Shown: positions 44,686 through 53,603 of the stretch, piece after piece
Layout: every line of letters starts with the position of its first letter
Numbering within the stretch: the first letter of the stretch is position 1
Assembly (NCBI GenBank): GCA_007134225.1
Contig: SLLE01000038.1
Span: 2,785 to 66,784 of the forward strand
Source: Tindallia sp.
GTDB lineage: Bacteria; Bacillota; Clostridia; Peptostreptococcales; Tindalliaceae
Length of the DNA: 64,000 nucleotides
Direction of reading: 5' to 3'
Made by a program: the position numbers and the translations under genes
The notes under the pieces: model-generated
Database searches by the model: none
Seen by the model: the letters and a program-made list of their open reading frames with translations, nothing else
Told to the model about the DNA's origin: nothing

Positions 44686-45365
44686 TGATATTTGATACCG
44701 CTGGAATCATTTACCTGATTCCAGCCATAATTTTTGCCATGTATGCACAAAACAAAGTGAAAACAACCTTTGCCAAATATTTAAAAGTAGCTGCACGAAA
44801 AGGCTATACCGGAAAAGAAGTGGCGCGAACAATCTTGGATGATCATAATTTAAGGGATATTCCTGTTGAGATGGCACAGGGATACCTGTCAGATCATTAT
44901 GACCCCAGGAGTCGCGTGCTGCGCCTTTCCAGAGAAGTCTACCAGGGAACTTCCGTTGCTGCTGTCAGTGTAGCAGCTCATGAAGTGGGGCACGCCTTGC
45001 AGCATGCCAATGGTTATGCTCCATTGACGATTCGAAATTCCATTTTTCCTATAGCCAGCTTTGGTTCGTCCATGGCTTGGTTTTTCGTTATTGGCGGCTT
45101 TATCTTCAATTCCCTGAACCTGATTGATGTTGGAATTCTGCTCTATTTAGCTGCCGTTATTTTTCAGGTTGTAACGCTGCCGGTGGAGTTCAACGCCAGC
45201 AGTAGAGCGATGCAGCTTCTTGGCAGTAACGGGTTTATTACTCAGGATGAAGAGGCGCATTCCAAAAAAGTACTAAATGCAGCAGCCCTTACCTATGTGG
45301 CGGCCATGGCAACTGCATTGGCTCAGTTGTTAAGGTTGATAGCTCTGAGAAATCGAAGATCGTAA
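44682..45365 (+). CDS. Membrane zinc metallopeptidase (YugP-like)
   Basis: HEVGHALQH zinc motif, flanking TM segments, ATGA overlap with the DUF116 gene. Confidence 0.8.
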   Translation: MMIFDTAGIIYLIPAIIFAMYAQNKVKTTFAKYLKVAARKGYTGKEVARTILDDHNLRDIPVEMAQGYLSDHYDPRSRVLRLSREVYQGTSVAAVSVAAHEVGHALQHANGYAPLTIRNSIFPIASFGSSMAWFFVIGGFIFNSLNLIDVGILLYLAAVIFQVVTLPVEFNASSRAMQLLGSNGFITQDEEAHSKKVLNAAALTYVAAMATALAQLLRLIALRNRRS

Positions 45366-45377
45366 AAAACTGAGAGC

Positions 45378-45402
45378 AGGCGTCATAAGCGCCTTTCTTT
45401 TT
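45378..45402 (+). terminator. Possible weak internal terminator/attenuator before rsmB
   Basis: AGGCG 45378-45382 / CGCCT 45390-45394 (5 bp, GC-rich) followed by TTCTTTTT. Confidence 0.4.
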
Positions 45403-45421
45403 GCGTATAGGAGTGAAGGCT

Positions 45422-46732
45422 TTGAAAGGAACTCCTCGAGAAGCTGCGGTGAAAGTGATTCAAGAGGTCATGGAAGGAAAAACCTTCTCTAATATTGCCG
45501 TACATGAATACCTGAGCAGTGCCAAATGGTCTCAGGCGGACGCCAATTTGTTTGTGAACCTTGTTTACGGCACCCTGGAGCAATATCAGTTGCTGAATCA
45601 CTTTTTACAGCAACTAAGCCGCCGACCCATAAAGAAAATTGATACACCCATTCGAAATCTAATGCTGATTTCTATTTACCAGCTAATGAATTTTGACCGG
45701 GTGCCGGGTTATGCGGTGGTGAACGAAGCCGTGAATATATCCCGGAAAACAAATCCATCGGCGGCAGGCTTCGTTAACGGTATCTTGCGAAATGTGATTC
45801 GTCAGAAAGACTCATTAAAGCAATCCATTCCGATGGGAACGGACCCGGATGCGCTGTCCCTTCGTTTTTCCTACCCAAAGTGGATGATCAAGGAATTGCT
45901 TAAGGAATACGATGAAACGACGGCTCTGAACATTCTCACAGCATCTCAAACCGCGCCCAATGTTTTTATCCGTTGTAACCTGCTACGATGCCATACGGAT
46001 GAGCTGATTACTTCCCTGCAGGAGGAAGGGGTTCTTGCGGAAAAAACGGAATGGCTGCCGGAAGCCCTTAAAATACTGAAATCTGCTGTGAACCTGACGG
46101 ATACGGAGGCGTATTGGAAAGGTTGGTTCCAGATCCAGAGCATCAGCTCCATGCTGGCAGTGGAGGCGTTGAATCCGCAGCCGGGAGAGCAAATTCTGGA
46201 CATGGCAGCAGCACCTGGCGGAAAAAGTCTTTTTATGGCGGAAAGAATGAAGAACAAAGGTCTTGTTGTAGCCAGAGATCTTTCCGAAGATCGTCTGAAG
46301 CAGCTGGAACAGCATCAGAAACGGATGGGTACTAGCATCATCAAAACTCAGGTCTTTGACGCCACCCAAGACGATCCTGCTCTGAAAGACCGAATGGACA
46401 AAGTTCTATTGGATGCTCCCTGCTCCAGTCTGGGAATGATTCGCCGAAAACCGGAAATCAGATATTCAACCAAGAGCAAAGGAATTTTAAAGCAAATGGC
46501 TACACTTCAGCTGGGAATGCTGGAAAGGGCTGCTGGGTTTGTCAAACCTGGCGGATGGGTTCTTTATTCAACCTGCACTTTGTTTTCCTATGAAAATCAG
46601 GACGTGATCCGTTTGTTTTTAGAAAGACATCCCCAGTTCGAATTGGAACCTGAGGGTATGAAATTCCTTAACCCAGCAATACACCCCGACCTTGATGGGT
46701 TTTTTATGGCAAAATTAAAGCGATTGGAGTAG
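45422..46732 (+). CDS. rsmB: 16S rRNA (cytosine967-C5)-methyltransferase
   Basis: NusB-like N-domain, SAM site DMAAAPGGKS, catalytic Cys motifs DAPCSSLG and YSTCT. TTG 45422 lies 9 nt after AGGAG (the track start TTG 45401 is also possible). Confidence 0.9.
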   Translation: MKGTPREAAVKVIQEVMEGKTFSNIAVHEYLSSAKWSQADANLFVNLVYGTLEQYQLLNHFLQQLSRRPIKKIDTPIRNLMLISIYQLMNFDRVPGYAVVNEAVNISRKTNPSAAGFVNGILRNVIRQKDSLKQSIPMGTDPDALSLRFSYPKWMIKELLKEYDETTALNILTASQTAPNVFIRCNLLRCHTDELITSLQEEGVLAEKTEWLPEALKILKSAVNLTDTEAYWKGWFQIQSISSMLAVEALNPQPGEQILDMAAAPGGKSLFMAERMKNKGLVVARDLSEDRLKQLEQHQKRMGTSIIKTQVFDATQDDPALKDRMDKVLLDAPCSSLGMIRRKPEIRYSTKSKGILKQMATLQLGMLERAAGFVKPGGWVLYSTCTLFSYENQDVIRLFLERHPQFELEPEGMKFLNPAIHPDLDGFFMAKLKRLE

Positions 46733-46743
46733 GAGGTTAACGA

Positions 46744-47772
46744 TTGAAAAAAGATTTAAAGTCCTTTACCCGGAAAGCGCTGGTAAAAGAGATGGCTTCT
46801 TTAAATTTGCCTCCTTACCGGGCAAATCAAATCTTTCAGTGGATCCATAAAGGATGCAATGATTTTGACGAAATGACAAATTTATCCAAATCCATGAGAG
46901 ACCTTTTATCAAGAGATTATACCCTGACGGCGTTGGAACAGGTTAAAAAACAAATTTCCCAGGATGGGACGGAAAAATATCTGTTCCAATTACCGGATGG
47001 CGAAATGATTGAAACAGTGTTGATGCGGTATAAACATGGCAACAGTATTTGTCTGTCCACGCAGGTTGGTTGTGCCATGGGTTGCCAGTTTTGCGCTTCC
47101 GGCATGGAGGGTCTGGTGCGAAACCTCAGCGCCGGTGAAATGCTGGATCAGATTCTATCTATTTCCCGGTCCATAGCAGATCGAATTTCCCATGTGGTAT
47201 TGATGGGGAGCGGCGAACCTTTACAGAATCTGGAGGAAGTAGTAAAATTATTAAACATTATCAATGATGAAGAGGGATTGCATATAAGCTTGCGGCATGT
47301 AACCGTTTCCACGTGTGGTCTGCTTCCTCAGATCTACCAACTGGCCGAATACAAATTACCCATCAATTTAGCCATCTCACTGCATGCGGCATCCGATGAC
47401 ATTAGACAAAACATGATGCCCATCGCCCGTCAGTACAGCATTGATGAATTGCTGAAAGCCTGTGATTCCTACGTGGAAATGACTAATCGACGGATTACCT
47501 ATGAATATGCCCTGGTGCCGGGTGTCAACGATTACCCGGAGGAAATACAAAAACTGGCACAAAAGTTAAAAGGAAAATTATGTCACGTCAATTTGATTCC
47601 CGTTAACCCGGTGGATGGTGTTTTTCCGGCTCATCATCGACAGGAAGGGTATCAGCATATTGTTCGAATTCTTGAAAAACAGGGTATTTCCGCTACGATT
47701 CGACGGGAACTGGGGGCTGATATCGATGCATCCTGCGGTCAATTGAAGCGTCGAAGCAAAGAAGAACTCTAA
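46744..47772 (+). CDS. rlmN: 23S rRNA/tRNA adenine-C2 methyltransferase (radical SAM)
   Basis: TTG start after AGGAGG. Radical-SAM cluster motif CAMGCQFC. YRANQIFQW N-terminal motif. Confidence 0.95.
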   Translation: MKKDLKSFTRKALVKEMASLNLPPYRANQIFQWIHKGCNDFDEMTNLSKSMRDLLSRDYTLTALEQVKKQISQDGTEKYLFQLPDGEMIETVLMRYKHGNSICLSTQVGCAMGCQFCASGMEGLVRNLSAGEMLDQILSISRSIADRISHVVLMGSGEPLQNLEEVVKLLNIINDEEGLHISLRHVTVSTCGLLPQIYQLAEYKLPINLAISLHAASDDIRQNMMPIARQYSIDELLKACDSYVEMTNRRITYEYALVPGVNDYPEEIQKLAQKLKGKLCHVNLIPVNPVDGVFPAHHRQEGYQHIVRILEKQGISATIRRELGADIDASCGQLKRRSKEEL

Positions 47773-47790
47773 TCAACGGGAGGCGTATCC

Positions 47791-48549
47791 ATGGAAATTG
47801 GCGTTTTATCGGATACTGGTATTATAAGGGAAATCAATCAGGATGACTATTTGATTCATCAAAACGGCTACCAGATGTTTCTCGTTGCCGATGGAATGGG
47901 TGGGCATAACTGTGGCGAAGTTGCCAGTCAAATGGCAGTGGAGCTGGTCAGCCGGCATGCCCGCCAATTCTTGGATCAAGACGTGGATCCCAGCAAATTG
48001 ACCGGTATTTTGTATGAAGCCTTTCATCGAGCGAATCAAAAGATTCTTGAATACGCTGACATGAACAGGGAGTGTATGGGAATGGGAACAACCCTAACCA
48101 TGATTTGGATAAAGGGTTGTTATGGTGTCATTGGTCATGTGGGTGACAGCCGAATTTATGTGCTTCGAAACAAAGAACTGATCCAGTTAACGGAAGATCA
48201 TTCTTTGGTGGCGGAGCTATTTCGAAAAGGTGAAATAACAGAGGAGGAAGCCCTGATTCATCCGCAAAAACACGTCATTACCAGGGCTATGGGAATTGAC
48301 GAGACGCTGAGGGCAGAATTTATTCCCATTGAGTTGCAAGTCGGAGATGTTCTCATGCTTTGTACAGACGGCATAACCAATTTAATTTGCGACGATGAAT
48401 TACGGAATATGCTTATGCGAATAGATTCTGCGAAAGAAGCCGCTAGAGCAATGGTAAACCTTGCCAATGAAAGAGGCGGTCACGATAACAGCACGGCGAT
48501 GATTATCAGACAGCTTTTGTCTGATACGGAAGGCGGGTGTTCTTATTGA
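47791..48549 (+). CDS. stp: PP2C-type Ser/Thr protein phosphatase
   Basis: Motifs VADGMGGH, LCTDGITN and GGHDNSTAMI. Upstream partner of prkC. Confidence 0.9.
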   Translation: MEIGVLSDTGIIREINQDDYLIHQNGYQMFLVADGMGGHNCGEVASQMAVELVSRHARQFLDQDVDPSKLTGILYEAFHRANQKILEYADMNRECMGMGTTLTMIWIKGCYGVIGHVGDSRIYVLRNKELIQLTEDHSLVAELFRKGEITEEEALIHPQKHVITRAMGIDETLRAEFIPIELQVGDVLMLCTDGITNLICDDELRNMLMRIDSAKEAARAMVNLANERGGHDNSTAMIIRQLLSDTEGGCSY

Positions 48550-50516
48550 TTGGAACCATGCTTGGAAACAGGTATGAAATTATTGAAAAAGTTGGTGGCG
48601 GCGGCATGGCCATGGTCTATAGGGCTAAGTGCCATTTGCTGAATCGAAACGTTGCCGTAAAAATACTTAGGGATGAACTGATTAGCGATAAAGATTTGGT
48701 CAGTAGATTTAAACGGGAATCTCAGGCGGTAGCCAGTCTCTCTCATCCTAATATTGTTAATGTTTATGATGTGGGAGAAGTGGACGACCTATACTACATG
48801 GTTATGGAAATGGTCGAAGGCAAAACCTTAAAAAAAATCATCAAGGAAAAAGGAGCTTTGCATCAAGAAGAAATTGCTCATTATTCCAAACAAATTGCCC
48901 AGGCACTTAAACACGCCCATGAAAACTACGTTATTCATCGGGATATCAAACCTCAGAATATTCTAATCACGGAAGACCACCGGGCAAAGCTGACGGATTT
49001 TGGAATTGCCCTTTCTTCCAGCACCAACACCCTGACCAATACGGGCAGCCTAGTAGGATCTGTACATTATTTTTCGCCGGAACAGGCAAGAGGAGGTTAT
49101 ACCGACGCAAAGTCCGACCTTTATTCATTGGGCATTGTTATGTATGAAATGGCTACCGGCAAACTGCCCTTTGAGGGTGAAAGTCCCATTACAGTGGCAC
49201 TGAAGCATCTTCAGGAAGAGCCAGAACCTCCTTCCAACATTAATACCACGGTTTCGGAAGGTCTTGAAAGCATCATTATGAAACTAATCGAAAAAGATCA
49301 AGTATCCAGATTTCAGAGCGCTTCCAGCCTCATTGAAGCACTGAATCAATTGGAAACAGATCCTGGCTATGTGCTGGATGACATCACGGATGAAATCGAT
49401 GAAAATCCGACCAATGTCAATGGATATTCGGAATCAGAAGGGGAAGAGTTGCGAAATATGCCTGTCAAAAAAACCACCCGCAAAAAAAAGAGTAACAATA
49501 AAACAAAAGCTGTGCTGGCAGCCGGTGTGCTGACAGCACTGATCGCCGCATTGCTGTTCACCTTTGGCTTGTTTTATGTGAGCAACCTGTTTCAGTCTTC
49601 AGAGGAGATTGATATTCCGGACCTGGTTGGTATGCAACTGGAAGATGCGCAGGCAGCTTTGGAACAATTAAACCTTCAGCACCGAATTGAGTATCGGTTT
49701 GACGTTGAAGGCGATGAAAATACTGTTTTGTCTCAAAATCCCTCCGCTGGAATGAGTGTCCGGGAAAACTTCCCGGTTGAGCTGGTGATCAGCACTGGTC
49801 AAGAAACTGATGAAGTGCCGGATTTAATGTACCAATCCAGGGAGGAAGCCACCTTCAGGCTGGAAGATGCAGGCTTTGTGGTGGGTGAAGTGGAGCGTGC
49901 CACCAGTGAATTGCCTTCTGGTTCGGTCATTAGCCAGAACCCCAGGGCTGGTTCCGCCTTAGTCCTGGGAGGTGCTGTGGATCTGGTCATCAGTGATGGG
50001 CCTGAATACGAAGTGGTTATTATGCCGAACCTGGTTGGATCCACTATTGATAGCGCTCGGCAGACTCTGCAGAACCTTAATCTGAACATCGGCACCATCC
50101 GTGAGGAATCCAGCGATGAATACGTGGAAGACATTGTCCTTCAGCAAAGTGTAGCCTCTGGCCGTGAAATACCAGAAGGAACGAACGTATCCCTGACAGT
50201 CAGCCTGGGCATAGATTCGCCGCAGATTGAAGAACCGGAAATCATTGAAGACGAGCCGGTGGGAGAAGGGACGGAACCGGAGCCAGGTGAACCAAGAACC
50301 AGAACGCTTCAAATTGGTCCGGTAGGTACCAGTGGAATTGTGACTGTTGAGTTGTATCGGGTGGAAGAAGGAAGTGACACACTAATTTTCACCAAAACCC
50401 ATAACATAGATGAAGAAGGTAACACTTTACAGGCAAGCGTGACAGGTACCGGTACGCAGTCCTTCCGAATTGTGATTGATGGAGATACGGTTCAACGGGT
50501 TGAAGTAAATTTCTAA
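48546..50516 (+). CDS. prkC: Ser/Thr protein kinase with three PASTA repeats
   Basis: Kinase motifs GGGGMAMVY, VAVK, HRDIKPQN and DFG. One TM segment. Three PASTA repeats (PDLVGM.., VPDLMYQ.., MPNLVGS..). The start is uncertain (GTG 48537, TTG 48546 or ATG 48558). Confidence 0.9.
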   Translation: MIGTMLGNRYEIIEKVGGGGMAMVYRAKCHLLNRNVAVKILRDELISDKDLVSRFKRESQAVASLSHPNIVNVYDVGEVDDLYYMVMEMVEGKTLKKIIKEKGALHQEEIAHYSKQIAQALKHAHENYVIHRDIKPQNILITEDHRAKLTDFGIALSSSTNTLTNTGSLVGSVHYFSPEQARGGYTDAKSDLYSLGIVMYEMATGKLPFEGESPITVALKHLQEEPEPPSNINTTVSEGLESIIMKLIEKDQVSRFQSASSLIEALNQLETDPGYVLDDITDEIDENPTNVNGYSESEGEELRNMPVKKTTRKKKSNNKTKAVLAAGVLTALIAALLFTFGLFYVSNLFQSSEEIDIPDLVGMQLEDAQAALEQLNLQHRIEYRFDVEGDENTVLSQNPSAGMSVRENFPVELVISTGQETDEVPDLMYQSREEATFRLEDAGFVVGEVERATSELPSGSVISQNPRAGSALVLGGAVDLVISDGPEYEVVIMPNLVGSTIDSARQTLQNLNLNIGTIREESSDEYVEDIVLQQSVASGREIPEGTNVSLTVSLGIDSPQIEEPEIIEDEPVGEGTEPEPGEPRTRTLQIGPVGTSGIVTVELYRVEEGSDTLIFTKTHNIDEEGNTLQASVTGTGTQSFRIVIDGDTVQRVEVNF

Positions 50517-50528
50517 TAGGAGGCGTTT

Positions 50529-51407
50529 ATGGAAAAAGGCAGGATTATCAAAGCTCTGAGCGGTTTTTTTTACGTTCAGTGGAAAGATAGAATCCTTACC
50601 TGCAAAGGCAGAGGAACCCTAAAAAAAACGGGAGGAACACCCGTCGCTGGTGATTGGGTCCAGTTTAGCCTGGTGAATGAACCGGCCGATGAAGGGATGA
50701 TCGAAGAGATATTGCCCAGGCAGAATGAAATGCTTCGACCACCCTTGTCAAATTTAGATCAGCTGTTGGCTGTTTTTGCTGTCAAAGATCCGATTCCTAA
50801 CTTGGTATTGCTGGACCGTATCTTGTTGAGAGCTGAAATGCAGTATTTCAGCTCCGGGATTTGTTTCAATAAAACGGATTTGCTGGTTGAAGAGAAAATC
50901 CTTCAGCTTTTAGAAGGCTATCAGCAAATTGGTTATCCGGTTTTCTTTGTCAGTGCCAAAACAGGTGAAGGAATTGAGGGGTTAAGAGCTTTTCTGAGAG
51001 GAAAGACAACGGCTTTAGCAGGTGCTTCCGGTGTAGGAAAGTCGACGGTGATTAATGCCCTTTATCCAGATTTTCAGTTGAAGACCGGTGAGCTCAGCCG
51101 AAAAATTCAGCGCGGGAAACACACCACTCGCTATACGGAGCTGCTGCCGGCTGAAGAAAATACCTGGATTGCCGATACGCCCGGTTTTAGCACGCTGAAA
51201 GCCAGTGATTTGGAAGCCGAAGAAGTTCGATTTTATTTTCGAGATTTTCTTCCATTTCAGGAAGACTGCCGGTTTCAATCCTGCCTGCATTTAAAGGAGC
51301 CGGGATGCCGGGTGAAAAAAGCCCTTAAGGAAGGTCATATTATGCAACATCGGTATGAGAATTATGAAAAAATAATCGATGAAATACAAACAAACAGGAG
51401 GTATTGA
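50529..51407 (+). CDS. rsgA: Ribosome small-subunit-dependent GTPase A
   Basis: OB-fold N-terminus, circularly permuted GTPase motifs NKTDL and GASGVGKST, C-terminal zinc motif CRFQSCLHLKEPGC. Confidence 0.95.
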   Translation: MEKGRIIKALSGFFYVQWKDRILTCKGRGTLKKTGGTPVAGDWVQFSLVNEPADEGMIEEILPRQNEMLRPPLSNLDQLLAVFAVKDPIPNLVLLDRILLRAEMQYFSSGICFNKTDLLVEEKILQLLEGYQQIGYPVFFVSAKTGEGIEGLRAFLRGKTTALAGASGVGKSTVINALYPDFQLKTGELSRKIQRGKHTTRYTELLPAEENTWIADTPGFSTLKASDLEAEEVRFYFRDFLPFQEDCRFQSCLHLKEPGCRVKKALKEGHIMQHRYENYEKIIDEIQTNRRY

Positions 51408-51408
51408 C

Positions 51409-52086
51409 ATGATTGAAATAGCCCCATCTATCCTATCGGCGGATTTTTCCCGATTAGGTGAAGCAGTGAAAATGATTGAAAATTCAGGCAGCGATATGCT
51501 GCATATCGATGTAATGGACGGACGTTTTGTACCAAATATAACCATTGGTCCTGTCGTCATAAAATCCCTGCGTCAACAGAGTAAGATTCCCTTTGATGTT
51601 CATTTAATGATTGTGGAACCAGAAAAATACATTGAAGCCTTTGCGGATGCAGGGGCGGATATCATTACCGTCCAGGCGGAAACCTGTCCCCATTTGGACC
51701 GTGTGATTCAACAGATTAAAGCAACCGGTGCCAAGGCGGGCGTTGCCTTAAATCCGTCCACTTCCGAGTATGTTTTGGATTACGTGCTGGACCAACTGGA
51801 TATGGTGCTTGTAATGTCTGTAAATCCAGGATTTGGCGGTCAGAAATTCATCCCAAGTATGTTGACAAAGATTGCCATGATAAAAGATGAAATTCGGGTA
51901 CGTGGTTTGAAGACGAAAATCCAGGTGGATGGCGGCATCAATATGGAGAACATCGGAGACATCGCCTTGGCCGGAGCCGACATTTTTGTGGCAGGATCCG
52001 CTGTTTTTCAGGCAGAGAATCCTTCTCAGGCTGTCAGAATTTTAAAGGAGCGGGCTGTGTCTGGAGCAAATCATATGGAGGAATAA
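51409..52086 (+). CDS. rpe: Ribulose-phosphate 3-epimerase
   Basis: IAPSILSADF, HIDVMDGRFVPN, VMSVNPGFGGQKF. ATG 51409 follows AGGAGG. Confidence 0.95.
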   Translation: MIEIAPSILSADFSRLGEAVKMIENSGSDMLHIDVMDGRFVPNITIGPVVIKSLRQQSKIPFDVHLMIVEPEKYIEAFADAGADIITVQAETCPHLDRVIQQIKATGAKAGVALNPSTSEYVLDYVLDQLDMVLVMSVNPGFGGQKFIPSMLTKIAMIKDEIRVRGLKTKIQVDGGINMENIGDIALAGADIFVAGSAVFQAENPSQAVRILKERAVSGANHMEE

Positions 52087-52088
52087 AA

Positions 52089-52730
52089 ATGAAGGCATTA
52101 ATCATTACCAATGGTGATATTAATGATTTGGATTATCTGAAAGAAATGATCCTTTGTCACGACTATGTGATTTGCGTAGACGGAGCTGCTCGGTATCTGC
52201 ATCAGATTCGGCAAAGGCCGGATCTGATGGTTGGCGATATGGACTCGGTTCATGAAGCTGACTTGGCATGGATTGAGTCAGCACAAATTCCCGTTAATCG
52301 ATATGAAACGAGAAAAGACTACACGGATACGGAAATTGCCATTGATGCCGCTTTGGAAAAAAAAGCGGAGATGATTACCGTTGCCGGAGCCGTGGGTTCC
52401 CGGGTGGATCACAGCTTAAGCAACCTTTTGTTGCTTAAAAAGATTGCCGATGCTGGTGTGGAAGGCATGATCTCCGACAGTGATTATGAAGTGATGTATC
52501 TTTGGAAAGACAGGCGGCTGAACTGGAAAAAAGGGGAAGTGGTTTCTTTCGTTCCTGTCAGTGAAAAGGAAACCAGCGTCACGCTGGAAGGATTCGAATA
52601 CCCGCTTCAGGAAAAAATCCTGTCTCAGGGTACCAGTCTATGCATCAGCAATGTAGTGAAAAAGGACAACCCCTGCGTTAAAATCAAAAATGGCAGTCTA
52701 TTGGCAATCCGAAACAAAAAAGTCCCTTAA
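52089..52730 (+). CDS. thiN: Thiamine pyrophosphokinase
   Basis: GDMDS motif, a TPK catalytic domain and a B1-binding C-domain, 213 aa. Confidence 0.85.
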   Translation: MKALIITNGDINDLDYLKEMILCHDYVICVDGAARYLHQIRQRPDLMVGDMDSVHEADLAWIESAQIPVNRYETRKDYTDTEIAIDAALEKKAEMITVAGAVGSRVDHSLSNLLLLKKIADAGVEGMISDSDYEVMYLWKDRRLNWKKGEVVSFVPVSEKETSVTLEGFEYPLQEKILSQGTSLCISNVVKKDNPCVKIKNGSLLAIRNKKVP

Positions 52731-52760
52731 TCTGATACGCGTATCAGTTAAGAGACTTTT
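52716..52760. terminator. Bidirectional terminator between thiN and rpmB
   Basis: AGTCCCTTAATCTGATACG / CGTATCAGTTAAGAGACT long imperfect hairpin flanked by A6 and T4. Confidence 0.75.
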
Positions 52761-52778
52761 ACTGTTGGTTCATCATCA

Positions 52779-52970
52779 TTATAAAGCTCTTTCAATTTTT
52801 CCGGAACGAAGGCACCGGGTGCAGACATTGACTCTTCTGTTGGAACCGTTTACAACCGCTTTTATTTTCCGAAGGTTTGGCAGCCAAACTCGTTTGTTAT
52901 GACGATTCGAGTGACTGACACTATTTCCGAAAACTTTCCCTTTGTTACATACGAAACACGTTTTGGCCAA
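52779..52970 (-). CDS. rpmB: 50S ribosomal protein L28
   Basis: MAKTCFVCNKGKVFGNSVSHSNRHNKRVWLPNL. TTG start 9 nt after GGAGG. Confidence 0.95.
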   Translation of the reverse strand: MAKTCFVCNKGKVFGNSVSHSNRHNKRVWLPNLRKIKAVVNGSNRRVNVCTRCLRSGKIERAL

Positions 52971-53015
52971 GATGATACACCTCCTTTAAGCAAGGTCAAC
53001 CTTTAAAACATTGTA

Positions 53016-53044
53016 ATTTTATCACATTTTAATCTATTTTGCAA
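53016..53044 (-). promoter_or_regulatory. Putative sigma-A promoter of rpmB
   Basis: On the minus strand: TTGCAA (53039-53044), 17-nt spacer, TAAAAT (53016-53021). Confidence 0.5.
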
Positions 53045-53103
53045 TGTGCAACTTCAATCCATTGTATCTTCACTGCAAATGGCATCGTTATTGTTGCTAA
53101 CCC

Positions 53104-53132
53104 TTGAACTATCAGCCCACTTACTATACAAT
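53104..53132 (+). promoter_or_regulatory. Putative sigma-A promoter of the asp23-yloV operon
   Basis: TTGAAC 53104-53109, 17-nt spacer, TACAAT 53127-53132. Confidence 0.5.
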
Positions 53133-53229
53133 AATGATAGCTTTTTAGCAACCTAATTAATGGAAATCAAATGGAGATCTCTCTGATCTGAATGAAATAA
53201 GCAGGTAATGACGATAAGGAGGAACACAT

Positions 53230-53586
53230 ATGCCTGGAAAGTTAAGCAATCAATATGGAACCACGATTATCGATGATCATGTCCTGGCATCCATCGCAGG
53301 TCTTTCTGCCATGGAATGTTATGGAGTGGTGGGAATGGTAACCAAAACTGCCGCAGGCGGACTGGTGGAACTATTCAAGCGGGAACAGTCCAACAGAGGT
53401 GTAAAAGTGCATACCAATGAAAACGAAATTCAGATCGATTTATTTGTTATCATCGAATTCGGTACCCGTATTTCCGTTGTAGCAAACAATATCATCGAAA
53501 AAGTAAAATACAATATCGAAACCCTGACAGGAATGAGTGTGAAGAAGGTCAATATCAACATTCAGGGTGTGCGTGTGCACAAGTAA
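53230..53586 (+). CDS. Asp23/Gls24 family alkaline-shock envelope stress protein
   Basis: 118 aa. The Asp23 signature IDDHVLASIAGLSAMECYGVVGM. Conserved pairing with yloV. Confidence 0.9.
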   Translation: MPGKLSNQYGTTIIDDHVLASIAGLSAMECYGVVGMVTKTAAGGLVELFKREQSNRGVKVHTNENEIQIDLFVIIEFGTRISVVANNIIEKVKYNIETLTGMSVKKVNINIQGVRVHK

Positions 53587-53603
53587 CTTAAGGAGGTCCA
53601 GTT

